From IMG/VR virus record IMGVR_UViG_3300031539_000002: a stretch of DNA of 64,000 bases; one strand, 5' to 3'. The notes under the pieces are model-generated. The model was given only the letters and a program-made list of their open reading frames with translations, had not been told where the DNA came from and did no database searches. Every line of letters begins with the position of its first letter. Position 1 is the stretch's first letter. This stretch comes from a virus. The position numbers were made by a program, and so were the translations under genes. Of this stretch, positions 41,939 through 52,057 are shown in pieces.

Positions 41939-44557
41939 ATGCTCCAGACGACTCCACAGGACGTTGCCGTCACAATTCCACAATCCGACTCCAAGAAGAA
42001 AAAGGAGTCGACCCCCAAAATCTCGACCATCACTGTTGATGAGGGAGGAGACCTATCGGTGAAACGACAGAGCTACTCGTACGAGGAACTCTACGGGGCG
42101 ACTCTCAAATACTTCGACGGCGACGAGTTGGCGGCGAATGTGTGGGCGACCAAGTACGCACTCAAGAACCACGAGGGGGAGTTCCTCGAGAAGACGCCGG
42201 CCGACATGCACCGGCGTCTTGCGCGTGAGTTCGCCAGGATCGAAGCGAAGTACCCGAACCCGATGAGTGAAGATGAGATCTTCACCCTCCTCGACAGGTT
42301 TCGGTACATCGTGCCGCAGGGTTCACCGATGAGCGGCATCGGGAATCCCTACAAATTCCAGAGCATTTCCAACTGCTTCGTGATCGAGAGCCCCGCGGAC
42401 AGCTACGGAGGCATCCTCGCCACGGACCAGGAGCAGGTCCAGATCATGAAACGTCGTGGAGGGGTCGGGTTCGACCTCTCTACAATTCGGCCCAAGGGAT
42501 TGCCGACGGCCAACGCCGCGCAGACCACTGACGGCATCGAGATCTTCATGGACCGGTTCAGCAATAGCTGCCGGGAAGTTGCACAAGGAGGGCGCCGAGG
42601 CGCTCTCATGTTGTCTCTGGATGTGCATCACCCTCAAGTTCGAGACTTCGCGAAGATCAAGCGTGACAAGACCCGCGTGACGGGAGCCAACATCTCGATC
42701 CGCCTCTCAGACGAGTTCATGGAAGCCGTCGAGAAGGGCGAGAAGGTGCACCTCCGCTGGCCATGTGAGCCTGGTGTCAAGCACACCGTCGAACAGTGGG
42801 AAGATGCTCGAGAGATCTGGAACGAGATCATCGAGAGCGCTCACGGATGCGCCGAGCCCGGACTCCTGTTCTGGGGCAACGCGAAGAAGTACTCGCCCGC
42901 GGACATCTACGAGGATGAGGGCTTCGGCTCAGTTTCCACAAACCCTTGTGGCGAAATCATCCTGAGTCCCAACGACTCGTGCCGTTTGATGGTCGTGAAC
43001 TTGGCGAACTTCGTGACCGACGCGTTCACTCCCGAAGCTGATTTCGATTGGATCAAGTACCACGACGTCGTCATCAAAGCGCAGCGGCTCATGGATGACA
43101 TGATCGATCTCGAGCTGGAGCAGGTCGATAAGATCATCGCCAAGATCAAAGCAGACCCGGAGCCCGAGCACGTTAAGGTCCACGAGCTCAACCTGTGGAA
43201 GAAGATCCGAGACGCAGCCGTTCGTGGTCGTCGTACAGGTCTCGGAGTGACCGCCGTTGGCGACACCACGGCCATGATGAATCTTCGTTACGGCTCCGAC
43301 GAAAGCATCGAGTTCGTGGAGAAGATGTACCGCGCGCTCGCGGTGGGGTCCTACGACTCCTCCATTACGATGGCGCAGGAGCGCGGGTGTTTCCCCGTCT
43401 ACAACTTCCGCAAGGAACACGACCACCCCTTCATCCAGCGCATCCTCGACGCCGGCGGTGAGGACATGCGTGAGCGATACGAGGCCCATGGTCGTCGCAA
43501 CATCGCCAACACCACCACAGCCCCGTGCGGCTCCGTGTCACTTCTGACGCAGACCACAAGCGGCATCGAGCCCGCTTACCTGGTGGTCTACAAGCGCCGC
43601 AAGAAGATTAACCCCAACGACGAAGACGTGTCCGTGGATTTCACGGATCTCATGGGGGACCGGTGGACGGAGTTCACCGTTCGGCATCACGGCTTTGCTC
43701 AGTGGCAGGCAGCCAACGGAAAAACGGACAAGGACCTCGAGGAGAGCCCCTACTGGAAAGCCACGTCCAACGATGTGGACTGGGTTCAGAAGGTGAAGAT
43801 GCAGGGAGCTGCGCAGAAGTGGATCTGCCATGCCATCTCAAATACGACGAACCTGCCGGCCGACGTGGACATCGAGACCGTCAAGAGTGTCTACGAGGCA
43901 GGGTGGAAAGCTGGCTGCAAAGGGCTCACGGTTTACCGCGATGGGTCGCGCTCAAACGTCCTCGGGGACAACCACCTGTTCGTGCAGCATGACGCACCAA
44001 AACGACCGGACCGTCTTCCATGTGAAGTTCAGCGCAGCAGCGTCAAGGTGGGCCACGACGCCAAAGGGAACCCCATCATGGAGGACTGGCTGTTCTTCGT
44101 AGGGTTGTTTGAGGGCAAGCCTTTTGAGATTTTCGGTGGCACGACTGAGAACATCGAGCTCCCCAAGAAGGTCGAGAAGGGCGTCATCGTCAAGCGGACG
44201 TTCAAGAACGGCGGCAAGTACGACTTCTACTACGGTGAAGGCGACGATCCGACGAAGATCAAGAACATCGTGCGGCAGTTCGACAATCCCGACCAAGGGT
44301 GGGCGACGCGCATGATCTCACTGTCTCTGCGGCACGGTTCGCCGATCCAGTACATCGTCGAACAGCTCGGACGAGACAAGGAGGCGGACATGTTCGCGTT
44401 CTCCAAGTGCATCGCTCGAGTGCTCAAGAAGTACATTCCCGACGGCACTCCTGCGACCGCCGAGAAAGTATGCCCCGGCTGTGGCGCTGAGGAGAGTTTC
44501 ATCTACGAGGAAGGCTGCTCCAAGTGCCTCTCGTGTGGCGACAGCAAGTGCGGGTAG
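41939..44557 (+). CDS. nrdJ: Class II (adenosylcobalamin-dependent) ribonucleotide reductase
   Basis: SNCFV, RRGGVG, RRGALM, TNPCGE, RRTGLG, TAPCGS…SGIEP, KGLTVYRDGSR, C-terminal zinc ribbon; no beta subunit nearby. Confidence 0.92.
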   Translation: MLQTTPQDVAVTIPQSDSKKKKESTPKISTITVDEGGDLSVKRQSYSYEELYGATLKYFDGDELAANVWATKYALKNHEGEFLEKTPADMHRRLAREFARIEAKYPNPMSEDEIFTLLDRFRYIVPQGSPMSGIGNPYKFQSISNCFVIESPADSYGGILATDQEQVQIMKRRGGVGFDLSTIRPKGLPTANAAQTTDGIEIFMDRFSNSCREVAQGGRRGALMLSLDVHHPQVRDFAKIKRDKTRVTGANISIRLSDEFMEAVEKGEKVHLRWPCEPGVKHTVEQWEDAREIWNEIIESAHGCAEPGLLFWGNAKKYSPADIYEDEGFGSVSTNPCGEIILSPNDSCRLMVVNLANFVTDAFTPEADFDWIKYHDVVIKAQRLMDDMIDLELEQVDKIIAKIKADPEPEHVKVHELNLWKKIRDAAVRGRRTGLGVTAVGDTTAMMNLRYGSDESIEFVEKMYRALAVGSYDSSITMAQERGCFPVYNFRKEHDHPFIQRILDAGGEDMRERYEAHGRRNIANTTTAPCGSVSLLTQTTSGIEPAYLVVYKRRKKINPNDEDVSVDFTDLMGDRWTEFTVRHHGFAQWQAANGKTDKDLEESPYWKATSNDVDWVQKVKMQGAAQKWICHAISNTTNLPADVDIETVKSVYEAGWKAGCKGLTVYRDGSRSNVLGDNHLFVQHDAPKRPDRLPCEVQRSSVKVGHDAKGNPIMEDWLFFVGLFEGKPFEIFGGTTENIELPKKVEKGVIVKRTFKNGGKYDFYYGEGDDPTKIKNIVRQFDNPDQGWATRMISLSLRHGSPIQYIVEQLGRDKEADMFAFSKCIARVLKKYIPDGTPATAEKVCPGCGAEESFIYEEGCSKCLSCGDSKCG

Positions 44558-44563
44558 CGCCGA

Positions 44564-44737
44564 TCAGATGAAGAAGTCGATGACGGCGATCCCGCGCTCA
44601 GGGATCTCTTTCTCGGCTTCTTCATCTTCTCCATCCTCGGAACGGTGACGACGCGGCAGATCGATCTCAAGCTCAAGGCGAGGTCGAGGTTGCGGGCGTT
44701 GGCGCTCGGGGAGGCGTCTGAGATGTCGGCGTTCCAT
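44564..44737 (-). CDS. 57-aa protein missing from the ORF track
   Basis: MERRHLRR…PRLELEID…ERGIAVIDFFI*; fills the gap after nrdJ and has a TAAGAC -10-like box upstream. Confidence 0.6.
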   Translation of the reverse strand: MERRHLRRLPERQRPQPRPRLELEIDLPRRHRSEDGEDEEAEKEIPERGIAVIDFFI

Positions 44738-44821
44738 GTTCAATGAACGGGATCGAGTTAAGTCTTACACGGTTTGGGTCTCTTTTCACGTTTAGCAAGC
44801 CCCAGGTGGGTAAATTCCTTG

Positions 44822-45370
44822 ATGGCCGAGACATTCACAGGACTCAAGGTGAAGGACTTCCTTGGGGTCTTCTACCGCGAAGATCGCCGCCTGATGCTCG
44901 CAGATGAGTTCGATGGCGTGCGGGACGTGGACGCTGAACTGGCCTCATACGAGGGTCAGGAGATCCGACTGCTGGCGCACCATCGCCCACTGGAGCCGGC
45001 AGACAACAACCGGTGGGGAGGTGGGTGCTGCATGTTGGAAAACTCTGGGCACTGCCACTTCGGTCATCACGAAGATCCACGAAGAGCCTTCACGTTCAAT
45101 TCCAAGGGCGTACTACGAAGGAGGGAAGACCGTTGGTATCTCGAACACGAAGAAGACGAAACCGAATGCTTGGTCGACTGCCTCGTCGGGCACCGCTCGC
45201 AGATCATCATCACGACGGTTCCCGATCTCGAGGGCCTCGAAGAGAAGGTGAAATCCTTCGACCCCTCCACAACACAACCCGAGACCCTCGACGAGATGGC
45301 TGAGCAGATCAAGAATTTGCGCGACACCCTCGCCGAAATTAATCACCTGAAGAACGATATTGATGTCTGA
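44822..45370 (+). CDS. Hypothetical protein with a Cys/His cluster
   Basis: WGGGCC…HCHFGHH; ATG 44822. Confidence 0.7.
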   Translation: MAETFTGLKVKDFLGVFYREDRRLMLADEFDGVRDVDAELASYEGQEIRLLAHHRPLEPADNNRWGGGCCMLENSGHCHFGHHEDPRRAFTFNSKGVLRRREDRWYLEHEEDETECLVDCLVGHRSQIIITTVPDLEGLEEKVKSFDPSTTQPETLDEMAEQIKNLRDTLAEINHLKNDIDV

Positions 45371-47732
45371 GTATCATGCAGGCCGAGTCAGGGCCGTCAT
45401 TTTTGAGAACGCCGCGCAGTCGTTCTACATCATCGAGATGGTGCTCGATGGCCAAGCGACCGTAGATTCCACGGAGGCCAAAGGGACCACCGTGCGGGGC
45501 AGCGTTCCAGGCCTCGATGTGAAACCCGGATGTTGGTTTGGGTTTGAGGGGCACTGGGTCGATCACGACAAGTACGGGCGCCAACTCCTCATTGACCGCG
45601 CTCCTGTCATCGAGGGTTCGTGGGACTCCGAGAAGGCGCTCAAGATGTTGCAGAGCCACGGCGTCGGAGCGCGCACCTGCGACAGCTTGCACGAGCAGTT
45701 CGGCGACGACTTGCTCGACGCGCTTTCGGACGCCACGAAGCTCCAAACGGTGCCAGGGATCTCCGAGTTCTCCGCACAGCACATCGTCAGTCGATGGCGC
45801 GCTGTCCGGGCCATGTTTCAGAGTCTTGAGTTCCTCGGTGAACTTGAACTCCCCAAGCAGCGCATCGAACAGATCTACGCGCACTTTGGAGACGAAGCCG
45901 AAGAGATGCTGTCCGAAAACCCTTGGGCTCTCGTTGAGATCGACGGCATCAACTTCGACCAGGCCGATGAGGTTGCCCGTAAACTCAGTCTCGATCTCTC
46001 CAGCGAAAGCCGTATTCGAGGCGCCGCGCTCTACACCTGCAAAGCCAAGCGGGGCATGGGGCACCTCTACTTGAGCTCAGGCGAACTCGTGAAGGGCATC
46101 ACCCACTACGCCCCTGAGATCGACAAGAGCAAGATCGCCCAAACCCTCAAAGACCTCCACGACGAGAACCTTCTGCTCATCGACAACAAGACTCGTGAAG
46201 GGGTCACTGCGATTTACGAGCCATGGTTCTACCAGCTCGAGCTTGAGTCAGCCCGACTGTTGGCCGAACGAAAGGTGAGGGCCAGGATCACGGAAGAAGA
46301 CCAAGCCGAGTACCTCGAACGCTTGGGGACTGTGGGACCCAAAAGCGAGAAGGCTGCCAAGCGCAAAGACGCCAAGATCAAAACGGTTGCGAAAGCTGCC
46401 ATCAAAGAGTTCGCCGAAGGCGGCACTACCTCCCTGTCCGAGGCTCAGCTTGATGGTGCCGTCAACGCCATCACAGAGTCCCTGTCGGTTCTGACCGGGC
46501 TGCCCGGCACCGGCAAGACAACGACGCTCAGAGTCGTTGTGAAGGTGCTCCAAGACGCCGGTATCCCTTTCCTTTTGGCGGCTCCCACGGGCATTGCCGC
46601 CAAGCGCCTCACAGCCGTCACAGGGGCCGAGGCGTCCACCATCCACCGAGCCTTCGGAGCCAAGGGAAAAGACCGTGACGATGGTCGTGAGGCCACCTAC
46701 GCGGGCATCGTGGGCTTCGGGGACCGGGAGGTGGATACCGACGGTTCACGGGAGTTCTGGGAGTTCTCCGCGCACCAACCGCACCCGGCCAAAGTCGCCA
46801 TCATCGACGAGAGTTCGATGGTCGATCAGCACTTGCTGTTTCGAGTGCTGACCTGCACCGCGAAGGATTGTCGCATCGTGTTCGTGGGGGATGCCGCACA
46901 GCTCCCCTCAGTCGGTCCCGGCAATGTCCTGCGGGACCTGATCGACAGCGGCAAGATCCCCGTGACCGACCTACGGGAGATCTTCCGGCAGCACGAGGCC
47001 AGCGATATCGTCATCGCGGCCCATGCCATCAACCGTGGGGATGTGCCCGAGTTTGAGCACAAGAGTCGGGACTTTTCGGTGGTGGAAGTCCGTGACGAGA
47101 ACAAGATCCTGGCGACGATCACGGCCACGGTCCAGAAGCTCTACGACCTCAGGGTCAACTTCCAAGTACTCAGCCCGCGCCATGGGGGGACGCTCGGGGT
47201 CACGAGTCTCAATCTCCGCATCCGAGAGTTGCTCAATCCCAAGGCCCCCGGTCTCCGTGAAATGCGTCTCGGCTCCGAGATGATTCGCGAAGGGGATCGA
47301 GTCATGGTGGCGAAGAACAACTACCGGTTCGAGATTTTCAATGGTGATGTGGGGAAGGTCGTACGTCTGGACCCGAAGGCAAAGATCGTGGAAATCAAGA
47401 TCCACGGACCGCCGGTGATGCACGTCCAGATGCCTTTCAAGGAGGCACCCTCACACCTGCGGATGGCGTACTGCACGACTGTCCATAAGAGTCAGGGGCA
47501 GGAGTACGACATGATCCTGATGCCCTGGACGAACTCGTTCCGGCATCAGTTACAGCGGAACTTGCTGTACACGGCCATCACCCGAGCCCGTAAAAAGGTC
47601 ATTTTGGTAGGGCATCCCGAGGCGATGGCAAAGGCCATCGACAACAACAAGGTCGATGCTCGCAACACGCTTTTTCCCGATCGGCTTCGGCATTTTATCG
47701 ATCAGGGGTTGGTGCCCCGATCGAAGGGGTAA
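45363..47732 (+). CDS. recD2: RecD2-like SF1B helicase
   Basis: GLPGTGKTT, APTGIAAKRL, STIHR, IIDESSM, VGDAAQLPSVGPG, FNGDVG, TVHKSQGQE, YTAITRA. Confidence 0.93.
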   Translation: MSEYHAGRVRAVIFENAAQSFYIIEMVLDGQATVDSTEAKGTTVRGSVPGLDVKPGCWFGFEGHWVDHDKYGRQLLIDRAPVIEGSWDSEKALKMLQSHGVGARTCDSLHEQFGDDLLDALSDATKLQTVPGISEFSAQHIVSRWRAVRAMFQSLEFLGELELPKQRIEQIYAHFGDEAEEMLSENPWALVEIDGINFDQADEVARKLSLDLSSESRIRGAALYTCKAKRGMGHLYLSSGELVKGITHYAPEIDKSKIAQTLKDLHDENLLLIDNKTREGVTAIYEPWFYQLELESARLLAERKVRARITEEDQAEYLERLGTVGPKSEKAAKRKDAKIKTVAKAAIKEFAEGGTTSLSEAQLDGAVNAITESLSVLTGLPGTGKTTTLRVVVKVLQDAGIPFLLAAPTGIAAKRLTAVTGAEASTIHRAFGAKGKDRDDGREATYAGIVGFGDREVDTDGSREFWEFSAHQPHPAKVAIIDESSMVDQHLLFRVLTCTAKDCRIVFVGDAAQLPSVGPGNVLRDLIDSGKIPVTDLREIFRQHEASDIVIAAHAINRGDVPEFEHKSRDFSVVEVRDENKILATITATVQKLYDLRVNFQVLSPRHGGTLGVTSLNLRIRELLNPKAPGLREMRLGSEMIREGDRVMVAKNNYRFEIFNGDVGKVVRLDPKAKIVEIKIHGPPVMHVQMPFKEAPSHLRMAYCTTVHKSQGQEYDMILMPWTNSFRHQLQRNLLYTAITRARKKVILVGHPEAMAKAIDNNKVDARNTLFPDRLRHFIDQGLVPRSKG

Positions 47733-47749
47733 ACCGAGGGAGGACAGTC

Positions 47750-48187
47750 ATGGCCGAAGACGGACCGCAAGAGATAGACAAACGCCAGATCAAGGAGCGT
47801 CTTCGTCGCATCCGCGATGGGATTCGCATCACAAAGATCACCTGCAGCCGGGCAGTGAAAGGGCGCAATGGGGATTCGTTCGTAGCGTTCTCTGCGGCGT
47901 ACCAGTCGGTGCAGGATGACAAGGGAGGGATGGGGGGAGACACGCATGCCACCCCTGAGGAGGACGGGGCCTACGCGGCACAAGGCATCAAGATGAAGGA
48001 CGCGAAACTCGCTCGGTACATGTTGTCGATGGAGTGCGACCTAGCGGCCCTTGAGTCGGCCGCAGCGAACGGCAGCATCAGTCCTCAGATGTTCCAAGAC
48101 TCCGTCCGAGGGGTTCGAGAGACCTACAACCGACTCGTTCTGCGAGAGATGGGAGCGACCAATGGGAACGCCAGCGACCAAGCCTAA
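47750..48187 (+). CDS. Hypothetical protein
   Basis: 145-aa ORF with a GGAGG SD. Confidence 0.7.
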   Translation: MAEDGPQEIDKRQIKERLRRIRDGIRITKITCSRAVKGRNGDSFVAFSAAYQSVQDDKGGMGGDTHATPEEDGAYAAQGIKMKDAKLARYMLSMECDLAALESAAANGSISPQMFQDSVRGVRETYNRLVLREMGATNGNASDQA

Positions 48188-49184
48188 GCCAGAGCCTCTC
48201 GCTATCCCCGTTGTGGATCTTGACCGTATCCGGGAGACCTACGCGGAACTCAAAGGGATGCAGGTCAAGCTTGACCCCAATCCCATTCTGTACGGGCCGA
48301 AACGGTTCAACAACCGAATCGCTTCCGTGCGGGCCATGCTCAACCGGGTCGATCAGATCTTCCTCCAAGTCTCCGAGGACCTGCATCTCTTCAAGCGCAT
48401 CATCAACGCCAAGCGCACACTCTACGATTTTGAGAAGCGCGAACTCATGGTGAACGACACCCGGGTTCGGGTGGGTCGATCACAGGCCGAGCGCGAAGCC
48501 CTGGCCGATGTGCAGCTCAGAGACACCCTCGAGGACTTGGCCGAGCTCGAGCGGGCCGCTCACGACCTTGAGACCATGATGATCTCCATCAAGTCCAAGC
48601 GCACGGACCTCAAGGACGCGCAGGGACGGATGCGAGACCAGATGAAGATGATTGAGCACGACCTCGGAATGGGGGCTCGATGGGGCTCCAACGCGGGGCC
48701 CTCTTTAGAGGCAGCGAGTGTCACTGACATCGACAGCATGCTCGCAGACGTGGATGCCAGCCTCGGTATTGTGGATGGCGACGACGAAGAAGAGGACGAA
48801 GAAGAGGACGAGGACGACGAAGAAGAGGAGAGCGAGGACGAAGAGGTCGTCGTGGACGATGCGGGCCAAGACCCCTCTCCTCATGCAGAGGAGCCCGTTC
48901 TGGTCTTCGGCGAAGAAGCCGAAGAGGACGAAGAAACCGAGACCGAGGACGAAGAAGCCGAAGAGGACGAAGAAGCCGAAGAGGACGACATCGAAAAACT
49001 CTTGCCCGACGAAAAGGACGATGGGGATCTACCCGACGACGACAACACGCCATCCGACGTGAGTTCGTTCCTCGATTCGATTGGCTCGAGTGACGAAGAA
49101 GATTCCGAAAGTGACGACGAAGACGACGCCGACGAGGTGATGGGCATTGAAAGCCTGATCGCTAGCCTCGCCGACGATGATTGA
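48162..49184 (+). CDS. Coiled-coil protein with a very long acidic tail (possible UvsY-like mediator)
   Basis: Helical ~170-aa core followed by a D/E-rich tail; lies directly before SSB/RuvC/RecA. Confidence 0.55.
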   Translation: MGTPATKPKPEPLAIPVVDLDRIRETYAELKGMQVKLDPNPILYGPKRFNNRIASVRAMLNRVDQIFLQVSEDLHLFKRIINAKRTLYDFEKRELMVNDTRVRVGRSQAEREALADVQLRDTLEDLAELERAAHDLETMMISIKSKRTDLKDAQGRMRDQMKMIEHDLGMGARWGSNAGPSLEAASVTDIDSMLADVDASLGIVDGDDEEEDEEEDEDDEEEESEDEEVVVDDAGQDPSPHAEEPVLVFGEEAEEDEETETEDEEAEEDEEAEEDDIEKLLPDEKDDGDLPDDDNTPSDVSSFLDSIGSSDEEDSESDDEDDADEVMGIESLIASLADDD

Positions 49185-49272
49185 AAAGTTTCCGTCGTTT
49201 TTTGCGCGTAGAAGAAATGAACAGGCAACGTCTAACCGACACTGCCCCTCACCAACGAAAGAGAACAAGACA

Positions 49273-50034
49273 ATGAGTGCATCAACTTTTGGATTCGGAC
49301 AGAACGACGCCGGTATCGGCGGCAAAACCAAGAAGTTCAAGGCGGACGAGGGCAAGACCTACCGTCTCGGCTTCGTCTGGTGGCCCGGCATGGAAGAAGG
49401 CAAGAAGGTCACGACTGCGACCCTGACGCCTCCTGAGGGTGAGGACGATGAGAAGCTCACCCCCCACTTCATCGGAGCTCGCCAGTTCTACGTGGAGGGC
49501 GTCGGCTATGTCATCGACACCGGCCCTGAAATCGGACAGCTCTTGGGGCAGCAGTCCAAGCCCAAGATCGCCACCATCGTGGTCTCGTGGGCGCTTGGGA
49601 AGAAAGGACAGCCGACCAAGGAGTCGCTGTTCGAGGACCTTCCCGAGGTCATGCCGTGGATCTTCTCGGGCGACAAGTACGAGAAGCTCAAGAAGATGCA
49701 CCTCTCGGGCTACCCCATGCACGAGTGGGATGTCCAAGCGGACGTGGAGAAGGGCGGGGCTCAGTTCCAGAAGCTGACCTTCCTTCCTGCCAAGCAGTGC
49801 ATCTTCAAGGAGATGCTCAAGAACGACAACGAGCGTGCGCAGGAGATCGCCAATCACATCATCGCGCAGGTCCGGGCTCTGGCCCCGAACCTCGAGGGTG
49901 AGATCGGTCGAAAGTACACGCTCGACCAGCTCAAGGAGAAGCTCGGTCACGAGGTCTCCTCACCGGTCGGCAATGCGGTGGCCGGCGGCGATGTCGAGGT
50001 GGACAACCTGCTCGGCTCGATGCTGGACGACTAG
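49273..50034 (+). CDS. Putative single-stranded DNA-binding protein (gp32-like)
   Basis: KFKADEGKTYRL start, aromatic beta core, acidic LLGSMLDD terminus, replication context. Confidence 0.65.
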   Translation: MSASTFGFGQNDAGIGGKTKKFKADEGKTYRLGFVWWPGMEEGKKVTTATLTPPEGEDDEKLTPHFIGARQFYVEGVGYVIDTGPEIGQLLGQQSKPKIATIVVSWALGKKGQPTKESLFEDLPEVMPWIFSGDKYEKLKKMHLSGYPMHEWDVQADVEKGGAQFQKLTFLPAKQCIFKEMLKNDNERAQEIANHIIAQVRALAPNLEGEIGRKYTLDQLKEKLGHEVSSPVGNAVAGGDVEVDNLLGSMLDD

Positions 50035-50052
50035 GTCTCGGTAGGGTTCCAG

Positions 50053-50697
50053 ATGCGGATTTTAGGTCTGGACCCGTCACTGAGGAACTACGGATGGGCA
50101 CTCCATGACACGGAGGCAAGCGGCCCCGACCGATGTATCGATCGGGGCCGCTTTCAAACGGAGAAGAAACAGTTCTCAGACGAGATCGGTCGCTACATGC
50201 ACCTGCGAGAGTGCCTCCGAGCGAAGATCCAAGAGCTTGAGCCCGACAACATGGGCCTCGAGCATCCCGTCATGAATGAGGACTACTCCGAGGGCATGTA
50301 CGGACTGTTTTTGTTCACCATGGAAGCCATCAAAACCGAAGCCCAGAATCTGGTGCTTGTGGGACCCCCGCAGATCAAGAAGTGGGCGTTCGATTTCATG
50401 GACCGCCCCAAGGGTTGGAAGATGGGGAAAATGGACATGTGCATGACCGCGTCCGAACACACGGGCGGCGGTAACTGGGACCACAACGAGGCCGATGCGT
50501 ACATCGTCTCGATCTTCGCGGGTCGGTTCTGGAATTTCTACGTGGGCAATCTGAACGAAGACGAGCTCACACCGTACGAGTTGAAGACGTTCACCAGCAT
50601 CAGGACCATCACGAAAGGCAAACGCGCCGGACAGCAAGAGGCCAAAGGTTTCTTGCACCGCGAGGGCGATCGCTTTTTCCTGTGGTCCGTGGAGTAG
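50053..50697 (+). CDS. RuvC-like Holliday junction resolvase
   Basis: ILGLDPSLRNYGW, GLE, PPQIKK, HNEADA. Confidence 0.85.
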   Translation: MRILGLDPSLRNYGWALHDTEASGPDRCIDRGRFQTEKKQFSDEIGRYMHLRECLRAKIQELEPDNMGLEHPVMNEDYSEGMYGLFLFTMEAIKTEAQNLVLVGPPQIKKWAFDFMDRPKGWKMGKMDMCMTASEHTGGGNWDHNEADAYIVSIFAGRFWNFYVGNLNEDELTPYELKTFTSIRTITKGKRAGQQEAKGFLHREGDRFFLWSVE

Positions 50698-50707
50698 AAG
50701 GCTAGCC

Positions 50708-52057
50708 ATGGCGACAACAAAAAAGACCACGAAGAAGAAAGCAGCGACCAAGAAGAAGGCAGCCAAGAAAGCTCCTGCTCCCGCTGCTGCCCCCAAAAAG
50801 ACGGCGAAGAAAACCACAGGGAAGACGAAGACCTCCGGGAAGGGAGGGAAAGCCTCGTCTCCCCTTCTCCAGGGCAAGGCGATGCTCAAGGACGCCCTCA
50901 AGTCGATGGACTGGAAAACAGACCTCGACCCGAAGCAGGCGAGAAAGTCCTTGCCGGTTCTCTCCACCGGTTCGACCGTCATCAACATCCTCATCAGCGG
51001 CAAGGCCAACGAGTACGGGGTGCTCCCCTGTCCGGGATTCCCCAAGGGCCGCATCGTGAACCTCTACGGCAAGGAGGGATCGGGCAAGACCACCATTGCA
51101 CTCCAAACCGCGGTTCAGACGATCAAAGCCGGGGGCACCGTCTGCTACATCGACTGGGAGCACGAGATCGTGCCGGGCTATGCCATGGCCCTCGGGGTGC
51201 CCATCGGTGACGACTCCAAGTTCATGCTGTGTCAGCCCGACACGCTCGATGAGGGTGTGGCGATCATCTGGACGATGGCATCCGCAGGCGTTGACCTGAT
51301 CGTGCTCGACTCTGTGGGAGCCGGCGTTCCGAAAGCGTACTTCGAGAAGGCGATCAAGGAGACCGCCGAGCAAGGGCGTGTGGGGATGAACGCTGCGGTG
51401 TGGTCGGCCTTCTTGCCAAAGCTCAAGGGGCGCATCAGCAAGACCAGCACGACCATCATCGGGATCTCGCAGATCCGCGACTCCATCAACACGATGGGCT
51501 ACGGCGACAACTTCACAGTGCAGGGAGGCAAGGCATGGAAGTTCTACTCCGCGCTTCGCATTCGTCTCCAGCCGATGGGGGTTGAGAAGACCTCCGAGTA
51601 CTCCTCCGTGGTCAACAAGACCGCCGATCAAGTCGTGGGGGTCAAGGTCAAGGTCAAGCTCGACAAGTGCAAGGTCTCTGCGCAGCAGAACAACGAGACC
51701 ATGTTCTACATCCGCTACGGCGAGGGCATCGACGACCTTCGATCCCTGATCGAAATCGGCATCGCCCACAAGGTCATCAAGAAGGCAGGGGCGTGGTTTG
51801 AGTGGCTTGACCCTGAGGGTGTCTCCTACAAATTTCAGGGTATGGAGAACTTCCGCGGGGCGTTCGCCAAGGATGCAAGGCTCGCCAAGCTCCTTGAGAA
51901 ACAGGTTCTTCCCTACCTCGGTTCCTCGAGCAGCAGTGTCGGGGAGGACGAGGAGGACGAGGAGGAGTTGTTCGGGAGCGATTCGTTCCAGAACGATGAG
52001 GAACTCAAGCAGATCCTGTCGTCCATCAGTTCCGAACCGGATGACGAGCCCGCCTGA
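50708..52057 (+). CDS. recA: RecA recombinase with Lys/Ala-rich N-terminal extension
   Basis: GFPKGRIV, GKEGSGKTT, YIDWEH, QPD, IVLDSV, SQIR, GGKAWKFY, KAGAWF. Confidence 0.93.
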   Translation: MATTKKTTKKKAATKKKAAKKAPAPAAAPKKTAKKTTGKTKTSGKGGKASSPLLQGKAMLKDALKSMDWKTDLDPKQARKSLPVLSTGSTVINILISGKANEYGVLPCPGFPKGRIVNLYGKEGSGKTTIALQTAVQTIKAGGTVCYIDWEHEIVPGYAMALGVPIGDDSKFMLCQPDTLDEGVAIIWTMASAGVDLIVLDSVGAGVPKAYFEKAIKETAEQGRVGMNAAVWSAFLPKLKGRISKTSTTIIGISQIRDSINTMGYGDNFTVQGGKAWKFYSALRIRLQPMGVEKTSEYSSVVNKTADQVVGVKVKVKLDKCKVSAQQNNETMFYIRYGEGIDDLRSLIEIGIAHKVIKKAGAWFEWLDPEGVSYKFQGMENFRGAFAKDARLAKLLEKQVLPYLGSSSSSVGEDEEDEEELFGSDSFQNDEELKQILSSISSEPDDEPA

